Below are positions 51,305 to 59,977 of a stretch of DNA of 64,000 bases, one piece after another. Source of the DNA: an uncultured Chloroflexia bacterium (GTDB taxonomy: Bacteria; Chloroflexota; Limnocylindria; Limnocylindrales; CSP1-4); contig CAVVNQ010000007.1 of NCBI GenBank assembly GCA_963749705.1, positions 32,001-96,000 of the forward strand, given 5' to 3'. The notes beneath the pieces were generated by a model that saw only the letters and a list, made by a program, of their open reading frames with translations, was not told where the DNA came from and made no database searches. The stretch's first letter is position 1. Each line of letters starts with the position of its first letter. Made by a program: the position numbers and the translations under genes.

Positions 51305-51979
51305 ATGGATCGTGACGATGTCGCCTACGCGGGCCAGCGCGAGTACACCCCGCTGTTTCTCAGGATCTACGACCCCGTGATCCTCGGCTTCCTCTCGCCG
51401 GTGGTTTGGCGGTGCCCGACGCCTCGCCTCGTGGAGGGCTACCGGCGACATCTCGGCCGGCGGCACCTCGACGTTGGCCCCGGGACCGGCTACCTCCTTG
51501 CGCATGCCGGCATGCCTGACGGCAGCCCGGTCACCCTCCTCGACCCCAACGTGAACGTCCTGCGTCACGCATCCCGCCGGCTGCGGCACCTGGACGTCAC
51601 GACCGTCGAGGCCGACGTCTGCAAGCCACTCCCCGTCCCCGGGCCGTTCGACTCCGCCGCGCTCAGCGGCGTGCTCCACTGCCTGCCCGGGCCGCTGTCG
51701 CGCAAGGCTGCCGCCGTCGCCAACGTGGCCGCCGTCCTCGCTCCGACGGGCGTCCTGTTCGGGGCGTCGATCCTCGGGCTCTCCGGGCGACACACGTGGT
51801 TGTCGCGGAGCATCCTCCGGGCCAACAGCCGGCGCGGCACGTTCGACAACCTCGGCGACACGGAGGAGGGCCTCCGGAAGATCCTCGAGGCATCGTTCGA
51901 GCAGGTGGAGCTGGAGACCGTCGGCACGATGGCCATCTTCGCGGCGAGCCATCCGCGCCCGAAGCCGTCGACCGCATGA
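51305..51979 (+). CDS. Class I SAM-dependent methyltransferase
   Basis: HLDVGPGTGY, FDS, VLHCLPG motifs. Confidence 0.87.
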   Translation: MDRDDVAYAGQREYTPLFLRIYDPVILGFLSPVVWRCPTPRLVEGYRRHLGRRHLDVGPGTGYLLAHAGMPDGSPVTLLDPNVNVLRHASRRLRHLDVTTVEADVCKPLPVPGPFDSAALSGVLHCLPGPLSRKAAAVANVAAVLAPTGVLFGASILGLSGRHTWLSRSILRANSRRGTFDNLGDTEEGLRKILEASFEQVELETVGTMAIFAASHPRPKPSTA

Positions 51980-52104
51980 CCCTCTGACGACGCGCGGGGT
52001 CGATGCCGATCCACGCTCCTGGTGCTGCGCCGGAGGCGCCCATGCCTCAAGAGCTGGCCGGATGGCGGCCATCGGTTCGCTGCGGCCGGCCGTGCCGGCG
52101 GCGG

Positions 52105-52773
52105 TCAGCGGCTCGACAGCTGTCCCAGGTCGGAGCCCGGCGTCGGCAGCTCGATGGGCGAGGGGACCGCGGACGGCTCAGCGCTCTCGAACAGGTACTG
52201 GAACTCGGGCCCGTTGTGGCAGATCCAGCAGCTGTCGCGGCCCTGCATGTCCGCGGGCAGCGGGGCGTGCTCGTCGACGCCGTGGCACGACGTGCAGGGC
52301 CGGTCCACGCCCATGTGCTCGGGTCGCATCGGGGCGAGGCTGCCGTCGGCGGTCGTGGTCGCGGGGACCTGGTGGCACACCAGGCAGTCGTCCTTGTGGA
52401 GGCTCGAGTGACCGGGTGCCGTCTGGACCAGCCCGTCCGGCTTGTGGCATGCGGTGCAGTCACGGAAGCCCCACAGCGGGTGGCCGAGCTTGGGGATGGC
52501 CTTGGTGCCGACCGCGCCCGCGTCGGTCAGGTGGCAGGCGCCGCAGTCCGAGCCGGCCGGGATCTCGATCCCGATCGGTGACAGCGCCATCGCGGAGCGC
52601 TCCGTGGGGACCGGCGTGGGCGTCGCCTCGGAGGCCGCGGCGTGGTCCGCCGACGCGCCGGTCAGGTCGGGCAGCGCCACGATCGCGAGATACCCGGCGA
52701 CCAAGCAGATCGCGACCACCAGCACCGTGACGCTGACCCGGTAGGCGTGACCGGCGAGCGCGCGGCCGATCAT
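52105..52773 (-). CDS. Membrane-anchored pentaheme c-type cytochrome
   Basis: N-terminal TM; CGACH, CTACH, CLVCH, CTSCH, CWICH. Confidence 0.87.
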   Translation of the reverse strand: MIGRALAGHAYRVSVTVLVVAICLVAGYLAIVALPDLTGASADHAAASEATPTPVPTERSAMALSPIGIEIPAGSDCGACHLTDAGAVGTKAIPKLGHPLWGFRDCTACHKPDGLVQTAPGHSSLHKDDCLVCHQVPATTTADGSLAPMRPEHMGVDRPCTSCHGVDEHAPLPADMQGRDSCWICHNGPEFQYLFESAEPSAVPSPIELPTPGSDLGQLSSR

Positions 52774-54062
52774 GACGCCGCCTCGGCGGTTTCATGGGTG
52801 GCGTGGTGGCGGGTCCACGGCAGCGAGAACCCGACATGCGCGTCGGTGTCGCCCATGTCGACGTAGCGCTCGATCAGGGTGTAGGTGAACGCGAGCAGCG
52901 CCAGGGCGCCCGCGATGATCGCGATCTCCACCGGTGACGGCGTGTACGACGCGTACGGATATGAGACCGTGCCGACGGCCGTCGTGGTCGGTGCGATCTG
53001 GCCGCCGGCGACGAACGTCATGCGGTCCACGAACACGCCGACCAGCGCCAGGACCGACGCCGCGATCATGCCGCCCGGGGTTCGCGTGCGCGGCAGCAGG
53101 ACGAGCACCATCGGCACCACCAGCCCGGCCGCGATCCGGATGCCCCAGAACTGCCAGGCCATCGGGCCCAACACCAGGGCCTCGGTCGCCGCCCGGAGCC
53201 CCCGCTCCGCGCCGGTCAGCCCGACGATGACCTCGCGGCCGACGAGCAACGAGACGAGCACCAGCCCGACCGTGAGCAGCAGTCGGATCGACGGGATGGC
53301 CACGCTTGCCGCGCGCTCGGCACCCTCGAGCCCGAACCGATGGACGGCGTAGAACACGATGCCCAGCAGCGAGGTGCCGGCGAGGAACGCGGAGGCGACC
53401 ATCAGCACCGGTGTGAACGGCCCGTGCCAGAACGGCTTGGCGGCGACCACGCCGAACACCGCGCCCAGGGTGGCGGGGGCGAGGATCGCGATGCCGGCCG
53501 CCATCGTGCACGCGGCCTGGTGGATCTTGGGATGGTCGGTGAACATGCTCCACACCTCGACCAGGAGCACGCACAGGTAGGCGCCGTAGAACACGCCCAT
53601 CCACCACATCGGCGATGACGGCGACGGCACGAGCACGGCGCCGAACACCATCCGCACCGGGTAGTGGAGATCGAGCGCGATGATCCCGAACGCCGTCGTG
53701 AGGCTGAGCACGGCGAGGATCGCGTGGCGCTTCTCGAGCGGTCGGAAGCGCTCGATGCCGAACACCGTGCCCAGCGACGACGCCAGGCACAGGCCGCTGG
53801 TCATGATCGCGAAGAACACGTAGCCGACGATCAGCAGGCCCCACTCGAAGCTGGGCGAGGTCCCGAAGACCTCCCAGCCGGGCGGGATCGCGATCAGCGC
53901 GGCCACGGCGCCGACGGCCATCACGGCCGACAGGCCGGCCAGCCACAGCCGCAGGCCGAGCGACATGCTCCGCACCTCGCGAACGAGGGCTGCCACGGCT
54001 GCGTGCGGCTCGATCGGCACGACGTACCGGCCGAGCGTCAGGGTGTGTCCGGTCGCCTGCAT
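52770..54062 (-). CDS. nrfD: NrfD/PsrC-family quinol-interacting membrane subunit
   Basis: WGLLIVGYVFF, DLHYPVR, SPMWW, PFWH; about 10 TM segments. Confidence 0.88.
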   Translation of the reverse strand: MQATGHTLTLGRYVVPIEPHAAVAALVREVRSMSLGLRLWLAGLSAVMAVGAVAALIAIPPGWEVFGTSPSFEWGLLIVGYVFFAIMTSGLCLASSLGTVFGIERFRPLEKRHAILAVLSLTTAFGIIALDLHYPVRMVFGAVLVPSPSSPMWWMGVFYGAYLCVLLVEVWSMFTDHPKIHQAACTMAAGIAILAPATLGAVFGVVAAKPFWHGPFTPVLMVASAFLAGTSLLGIVFYAVHRFGLEGAERAASVAIPSIRLLLTVGLVLVSLLVGREVIVGLTGAERGLRAATEALVLGPMAWQFWGIRIAAGLVVPMVLVLLPRTRTPGGMIAASVLALVGVFVDRMTFVAGGQIAPTTTAVGTVSYPYASYTPSPVEIAIIAGALALLAFTYTLIERYVDMGDTDAHVGFSLPWTRHHATHETAEAAS

Positions 54063-54065
54063 CGA

Positions 54066-55274
54066 TCAGGCCTCCTCGATGGCCGGTCCGAGGTACAGCA
54101 CGCGCGGGCGGGTGCCGTACTCGGGATGAAGCTGCTTTGGGTTGCGCTCGCGGACGAGCGTCGCGATCTCGCTGGCGGGATCGTTCGCGTCGCCGAAGCG
54201 GCGGGCGCCGACGGGGCAGACCTCGACGCACGCGGGCTTGCCGCCACGGCTGATGCGGTGGTAGCACCAGGTGCACTTGTCGGCGACGCCGGGCGTGCCG
54301 TTGGGGGCGTCGGGCCCGGCCGGAACGATGTACCGGGCGCCGTACGGGCAGGCCACCACGCAGAAGCCGCAACCGATGCACCGGCTGGCGTCGACCAGGA
54401 TCACGCCGTCCTCGGTCCGATACGTGGCGCCGACGGGGCAGACCGCGGTGCACGGCGAGTCCTCGCACTGCATGCACAGGCGCGGCTCGAAGAAGGCGGA
54501 CTCGACGGCCTTGCCTGCGGCCCCGGGGGCGGTCGACCGGGGCGGGAACCCGTACATCCCGGCCTCGGGCGAGTCCACGAACAGCTCGCCGTCGGTGGTC
54601 GTGACGTGCCGCTCGACCCAGGTCCGCGTGTAGGCGGCTTCCTCGGGCACGTTGTTCTCTTCCTTGCAGGCGACGACGCACAGCCCGCAGCCGATGCAGG
54701 CGGCGGTGTCGACGACGAAGGTCCATGCCTTCGAGGCGGGGTCGTATGTCGACACGATCGGCGATGCGGCGTCCGAGGTGTCATCGAACACCGGGAACAG
54801 GCGGGCCAGCGAGCCCGCGCCCGCGAGGCCACCGGCCAGGGCGAGCCCGAAGCCGAGGAACGCACGTCGTGAGAGCGATGCCTCGATGATGGCGGGGGCG
54901 ATGTCCTCGAGCGGGACCAGCCCGGTGGCGTCCGGGGCGGGCGACACCGGATCGGCGACCGGCAGGGCCTCGAGGGCCTCGGAGGCGACCGCCGGCGCGA
55001 TGTCGCCGGCAGGGTCGGGTTCAGGCTGGACCGGCTCGGCTGCGATCGGCTCCGGCGCGGCGGCTGCCGGCTGAGGCTCGGCGATCGGCTCGGGCTCCGG
55101 CTCGGCGGTGGTGGGCTCGGGCTCGGGCTCGGCGGCTGCGGGCTCCGGCGCTGGGGCGATGGCGACAGGCTCGGCCTCGAGGGCAGGCTCGGTCACCACC
55201 GGCTCGGCCACCTCGTCCGATGTTGCCGGCTCGCCCGGCGCCAGGATGTCGTCGGAATGCATCGAACCGCTCAT
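54066..55274 (-). CDS. 4x[4Fe-4S] ferredoxin subunit (NrfC/DsrO/HybA-like) with Tat-like motif and long acidic N-terminal extension
   Basis: SRRAFL; CIGCGLCVVAC, CMQCEDSPCTAVCP, CIGCGFCVVACP, CTWC..PACVEVCP; ends GTRPRVLY. Confidence 0.9.
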   Translation of the reverse strand: MSGSMHSDDILAPGEPATSDEVAEPVVTEPALEAEPVAIAPAPEPAAAEPEPEPTTAEPEPEPIAEPQPAAAAPEPIAAEPVQPEPDPAGDIAPAVASEALEALPVADPVSPAPDATGLVPLEDIAPAIIEASLSRRAFLGFGLALAGGLAGAGSLARLFPVFDDTSDAASPIVSTYDPASKAWTFVVDTAACIGCGLCVVACKEENNVPEEAAYTRTWVERHVTTTDGELFVDSPEAGMYGFPPRSTAPGAAGKAVESAFFEPRLCMQCEDSPCTAVCPVGATYRTEDGVILVDASRCIGCGFCVVACPYGARYIVPAGPDAPNGTPGVADKCTWCYHRISRGGKPACVEVCPVGARRFGDANDPASEIATLVRERNPKQLHPEYGTRPRVLYLGPAIEEA

Positions 55275-55957
55275 CGTGTCCCCGGCTCGTCATCGGGGCC
55301 GCGGCCCGCCGCGTGGCAGTCGAGGCACAGGCTGTCGTCCGAGGTGCCGGCCGGATGCCGCTGATTGCGCTGCTTGAACCCCTCGGGTCCGTGGCAGGTG
55401 AGGCACGGCGGCAGCTTATCGAGCGGGTGGGTGACGACCGGCGGCCGCATCGCGATGGCGGTATGGGGGTCGTGGCAGTCGAGGCAGGCCGAGACGTAGT
55501 GGTCGGCAGGGACGATCTGCCGGAGACCTGCCGGGCGGCCGTCCGCCTGGACGTGGCATTTCACACAGACCTCGTCGGTCGGGACCGCGACGGCGACCGT
55601 GGATCCGGCGGCATCGGGGCTGGCCAGCGTGTGTGCGAGCAGCGGACCATGGCAGCTCTGGCAGCCGATCCCGGCGTGGTTCGCGGACGACGCCTTCGCA
55701 GCCTCCGGCGCGTGGCAGCTGGCGCAGATGCCGCTGCTCGCGAACGACTCGTCAAGCGCTGCCCAGTGCCGGGCGTTCACGTCTCGGTGGAGGCTGAAGT
55801 CGAGGTACGGCGACCAGGCCATCACTGCGCCCGCGAACATGACCACGGACAGGACCGCCGCGCCGGCAAGGATCGCAACGACCCCGAGCGCGCCACCGCG
55901 GCGCGTCCTCGGGCGGACGCTCTGCCAGGCGGTCCTGGCGCGCAGCAGCGGGCTCAC
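55271..55957 (-). CDS. Membrane-anchored hexaheme c-type cytochrome
   Basis: N-terminal TM; CASCH, CQSCH, CVKCH, CLDCH, CLTCH, CLDCH. Confidence 0.87.
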   Translation of the reverse strand: MSPLLRARTAWQSVRPRTRRGGALGVVAILAGAAVLSVVMFAGAVMAWSPYLDFSLHRDVNARHWAALDESFASSGICASCHAPEAAKASSANHAGIGCQSCHGPLLAHTLASPDAAGSTVAVAVPTDEVCVKCHVQADGRPAGLRQIVPADHYVSACLDCHDPHTAIAMRPPVVTHPLDKLPPCLTCHGPEGFKQRNQRHPAGTSDDSLCLDCHAAGRGPDDEPGTR

Positions 55958-56670
55958 AGGTTCGCCGGGTTGAGCAGGCCGCGGCGGATGGTGAACCGGA
56001 GCAGCTCCACGCGGTCGTGGAGGCCGAGCTTCTCCATCATGTTGGCCCGGTGGTAGTGGACGGTCTGCTCGGACAGCTGGAGCGACCGCGCGATGTCACG
56101 ATTGGTGTGTCCCATCGAGGCGAGCAGCAGGATCTCCCGCTCGCGCTCCGACAGCGTCTCGTACGGATCATCGAGCGAGGCATCCGGGCTGTGCCGCACG
56201 TAGGTGTCGACGATGCGGGTGACGATCGCGGGGCTCACGTACGTGTGCCCGGCCGCGACGCTGCGCACCGCCTCGACGACCTCGCCCTCCATCGTCTCGC
56301 GGGTGAGGAACCCGTTGGCGCCCGCCTTGAGGGCCACCGAGAACTGCTCGGCCGCGCACCGGCAGTCGAGCGCGATGATCCGGGTATGGGGACAGGCGGC
56401 GCGCACGACGCCGATCGCATCGAACGTTGCGCAGCCGAGGCCACCGAACGCCTCGCATTCCATGACCACGACATCGGCCGATGCCGCCTGGATGTCCTCG
56501 ATCATGGTGTCGCGACTGGTGACCTGGCCGATCACGCGCATGTCGGGCTCGCGCTCGATCACGTCCCGGAATGCCGTCGCGAGCAGCGGGAAGTCGACGA
56601 TGGCGAGCAGCACGCCGAGCTGGGACACGACCTGCCCCGCGCGACCGGCCGCGTCGTGGGTGGTGGACAC
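55954..56670 (-). CDS. NarL/LuxR-type response regulator with a degenerate receiver domain
   Basis: LSEREREIL..GHTNRDIA..LSEQTVHYHRANMMEKL HTH; receiver reads DVVVMEC (E at the phospho-Asp position) and GFLTR (R at the Lys position). Confidence 0.88.
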   Translation of the reverse strand: MSTTHDAAGRAGQVVSQLGVLLAIVDFPLLATAFRDVIEREPDMRVIGQVTSRDTMIEDIQAASADVVVMECEAFGGLGCATFDAIGVVRAACPHTRIIALDCRCAAEQFSVALKAGANGFLTRETMEGEVVEAVRSVAAGHTYVSPAIVTRIVDTYVRHSPDASLDDPYETLSEREREILLLASMGHTNRDIARSLQLSEQTVHYHRANMMEKLGLHDRVELLRFTIRRGLLNPANL

Positions 56671-56683
56671 GTGACCGGCCCGC

Positions 56684-57025
56684 TCAGCGCTGCAGCGGCT
56701 CGTGGTTGGTGGGCTCGTGATGGCGGACGACGGCCGCCCAGCCGAACGGCATGAGCACCATCAGCACCGTGACCACGAACGCGCCCGCCATGGCGGCCGT
56801 CGACCCGAAGGCGAACAGCAGGATGTGGAGCAGGATGAACGCCGCGGCCGACCCGCACCACAGGGTCAGGGTCACCAGCCCGATCCAGGCCGCGACCCGC
56901 GCGGCACGACCGCCGCGTGCACCCAACGCCAGCCACGCAACCAGGCCGACAACCCCCTCGACGAGGATCACGATCGGCAGGATCAGCGCGATATCTTCCG
57001 TGACTTCCCCGATCTGCATGGCCAT
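56684..57025 (-). CDS. Small membrane protein (3 TM)
   Basis: Hydrophobic 113-aa ORF heading the cytochrome operon; GGGAG RBS. Confidence 0.65.
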   Translation of the reverse strand: MAMQIGEVTEDIALILPIVILVEGVVGLVAWLALGARGGRAARVAAWIGLVTLTLWCGSAAAFILLHILLFAFGSTAAMAGAFVVTVLMVLMPFGWAAVVRHHEPTNHEPLQR

Positions 57026-57264
57026 CTCTCCCGCCGTGTGTCGGTTCCCATTACCAATTGCTGCGGTGATCGTCGGACGGACAGGGCGATCGGGACCAGA
57101 TACGCCGGCTGGCTGGTGCGGCAGCGGGTGTGCCGAACATGGACGACGCGGGTGCGTCCCATGGCAACGGCCGTCGACATCCGGGCAACGCGGGTGAGGT
57201 CATGCGGCGACGAGCGTCGGCTTCCGCGTGACGGCTGTTCGAGCTGAACGGCGCGAGTGCGGCG

Positions 57265-59376
57265 TCAGGCCGGGTTCGTGCCGGCTCCCGGGAGGACATC
57301 GTCCGTGATGCCCGTCGATGCGGCCGTGCTGACGAAGGCCACGGCCGGGTCGACCGGGCCGAGCAGCGCCTCGACGGCCGGCTGGGCGTCGGGCGTGGCG
57401 AAGATCGAGACGTGATCGCCGGGCGTCAGCCGGAGATCGCCGCGGGGCACGAGCAGCGCCCCGTCGCGCTCGATCGCCACCAGCACGGCCTCGCGCGGCC
57501 ACGGGATGTCGGCGACCCGGTGGGCCGCCAGCGGCGAGCCGGCCAGGAGCTCCGTCTCGATGATCACGCCCCCCGTCCGCAGGCCTCGCACCTGGCGGAT
57601 GTTCCCGTGCAGCGCCCCCCGGTATGCGGACATCGCGTCGCGCACGGACAGAACGCCCGCGAGCCGGCCACCCGCGGAGACCGGTGCCCAGGATCTGCGG
57701 TGATCGGCGAGCGACCCGAGCGCGTCGTCGAGGCCGTCGTCGGCGGCCAGGATCGGCTCGCGCACGATGGCAGACGACGGGATCGGCTCGCCCTCGGGCA
57801 GGTGTTCCAGGGTCTCGAGGTCGATCAGCCCGGCGACCGTTCCGTCGCGGCCGATGATCGGCGCCCCCGGAGCGCCGAGCGCCTCCATCCGGGCCCGCGC
57901 GGTCCCCACCGTGTCCCCGACGTTGACGACGACCCGCGCCTGCCGCGCCGCATCGCCCACCGGGACCGCGGCCAGCAGGGGCATCGCGAACCGGAAGCGG
58001 TGTGCGGGTGAGTCCGCGCGAGTCGCCAGCTGGCTGCTGTAGATCGACTTCTGCCCGACGATGAACGTGGCGAGGCCGACCGCGACCATCGCCGGGGCCA
58101 GCATCGACAGGTTGCCCGTCATCTCGGCCACCATCAGCATCACCGCCAGCGGTGCGTGGGCGACGCTGCCGAACAGGGCCATCATGGCCACGATCACGAA
58201 CGGCGCCGGCTCGGCGGGGATCGCGGGTGCGATCGGCTCCAGCAGGCGCCAGATCCCGGCACCCAGCAGGCCGCCGACCACCATCCCCGGGCCGAAGATG
58301 CCGCCCGACCCGCCCGAGCCGATCGACAGCGAGGTCGCCAGGATCTTGGCGAACGGGAGGGCCAGGATGATCCACAGGTCCATGCCCAGCAGCGTCTGCC
58401 GGTCGAGGCCCACCTGGACGAACCCGTAGCCCGTGCCCAGGGCGCCGGGGAGGATCAGGCCGATGCAGCCGACCGCGAAGCCGGCGATCGCGGGTCGCAG
58501 CGCGCGGGGCATCCGCCACCGTCCGAACCACGCCGTGAGACCGTAGAAGTTGCGGATGTAGAGCAGGCCCACTAGGCCGCACACGAGACCGATCAGCGCA
58601 TACCAGGGGAGCTCTGCCGGGTTCGAGAACCCGAACCGCGCCTGCGTCCCGAAGATCGGGCTGAACCCCTCGACGGCGCCGAAGATCGAGTACGCGACGA
58701 TGGTCGCGATGAACGACGGCACCAGCGCCTCGGACTCGACGTCGTCGCGGTAGAGCAGCTCGGCGCCCAGGATCGCGCCGCCCAGCGGCGCCCGGAAGAT
58801 CGCGCCGATGCCCGCCGCCATGCCGACGGCAACGGCGATCCGCGCGTCGCGTGCGTCGAGGTCGAGGGCGCGTCCGAGGAACGAGCCGAACCCCGCGCTG
58901 ATCTGCGCCGTCGGGCCCTCGCGGCCGCCGGACCCGCCGGATCCGATCGTGACCGCCGAGGCGACCAGCTTGATCAACGGGATCCGGGCCCGGATCCCGC
59001 GGGGGCGATGGTGGTACGCGGCGATGGCCGCGTCCGTGCCGTGGCCCTCGGCCTCGGGCGCCAGGCGGAACACGATCACCCCCGAGATCAACCCGCCCAG
59101 GGCCACCACCAGCGGGATGGCCCAGGGACGGGCGGCGTCGGTGATGAGCGCCCCGCCCTCGCCGGCGGGCGTGGGTGGGACGTAGCCGGCGAGCCCACCC
59201 AGGAAGACCTGTGTCGCAAGCTCCAGCGCCGCGTAGAACACGATCGCGCCCAGCCCGCCGACGACGCCGATCAGGGCGCCGAGGACGACCCACTTGCGCA
59301 GGTAGCTCGCGGAACGGATCCGCTGCTGGAGCAGGCGCCGCCAGCTGTTGACCTGGCTCGCGACAACGGCGCTCAC
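57265..59376 (-). CDS. ClC chloride channel/H+ antiporter with CBS and TrkA-C (RCK_C) domains
   Basis: GHGTD, GREGP, FRAPLGGA, GGIFGP motifs; CBS pair; C-terminal VPRGDLRLTPGD RCK_C. Confidence 0.9.
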   Translation of the reverse strand: MSAVVASQVNSWRRLLQQRIRSASYLRKWVVLGALIGVVGGLGAIVFYAALELATQVFLGGLAGYVPPTPAGEGGALITDAARPWAIPLVVALGGLISGVIVFRLAPEAEGHGTDAAIAAYHHRPRGIRARIPLIKLVASAVTIGSGGSGGREGPTAQISAGFGSFLGRALDLDARDARIAVAVGMAAGIGAIFRAPLGGAILGAELLYRDDVESEALVPSFIATIVAYSIFGAVEGFSPIFGTQARFGFSNPAELPWYALIGLVCGLVGLLYIRNFYGLTAWFGRWRMPRALRPAIAGFAVGCIGLILPGALGTGYGFVQVGLDRQTLLGMDLWIILALPFAKILATSLSIGSGGSGGIFGPGMVVGGLLGAGIWRLLEPIAPAIPAEPAPFVIVAMMALFGSVAHAPLAVMLMVAEMTGNLSMLAPAMVAVGLATFIVGQKSIYSSQLATRADSPAHRFRFAMPLLAAVPVGDAARQARVVVNVGDTVGTARARMEALGAPGAPIIGRDGTVAGLIDLETLEHLPEGEPIPSSAIVREPILAADDGLDDALGSLADHRRSWAPVSAGGRLAGVLSVRDAMSAYRGALHGNIRQVRGLRTGGVIIETELLAGSPLAAHRVADIPWPREAVLVAIERDGALLVPRGDLRLTPGDHVSIFATPDAQPAVEALLGPVDPAVAFVSTAASTGITDDVLPGAGTNPA

Positions 59377-59858
59377 GCGTACCGCTCGAGCTCGGTGGCC
59401 ACCGACCGGAGGCCCGAGGCGAGGTCGACGCGGCCCCGGTCCGGCAGCACCCCGGCGATCCCGCGCAGCGCCGCCCGCCGGTGGTCGAGGATCGCCGCCC
59501 GGACCTGTTGTCCGCGTTCGGTCAAGCGTGCTCGTGTCGCGCGCCGGTCCAGCTCGTCCACGGCGAGCGCGGTCAGCCCTCGACCCTCGAGCCGGCGCAG
59601 CAGCCGGCTCGTCGCCGGCAGCGTGCCGCCCACCCTGGCTGCGACCTCGCCGATCCGGGCGCCATCCTCCGCCTCGCCCAGGACCAGGATCGCGCGCCAT
59701 TGCGGGAACGTGAGCTCGAACCCGGCATCGGTGCTCGCAAGCGATCGGGTGGTGAGGCCGACGGCCCCGACCACGATCCGTTCCAGGTCGTCGGTCAGGG
59801 CGTCTGCGTCCGGGTGACCGGGACCGGGGCGTCGTGTGGCGGGTTCGAGCGTCGGCAT
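59373..59858 (-). CDS. MarR family transcriptional regulator
   Basis: LTFPQWRAIL, TSRLLRRLEGRGL, DRR..LTERG; TATCAT 6 nt before ATG 59858. Confidence 0.88.
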   Translation of the reverse strand: MPTLEPATRRPGPGHPDADALTDDLERIVVGAVGLTTRSLASTDAGFELTFPQWRAILVLGEAEDGARIGEVAARVGGTLPATSRLLRRLEGRGLTALAVDELDRRATRARLTERGQQVRAAILDHRRAALRGIAGVLPDRGRVDLASGLRSVATELERYA

Positions 59859-59977
59859 CACCTGATGATAGGGGACACAAGCCGGGTGGCTATCAATCGC
59901 ACCCAGCGCGCGCCTCGCGCGCTCGATTCCGTGGTCCGGGCGCCCGCTGCGGCATCCGCGCCCGGTAGCATCGTCGC

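Noticed and set aside
52105-55957. Alternative complex III or Nrf nitrite reductase
   Set aside because: No ActB molybdopterin-like domain, no ActD/E/F, and no NrfA CxxCK motif.
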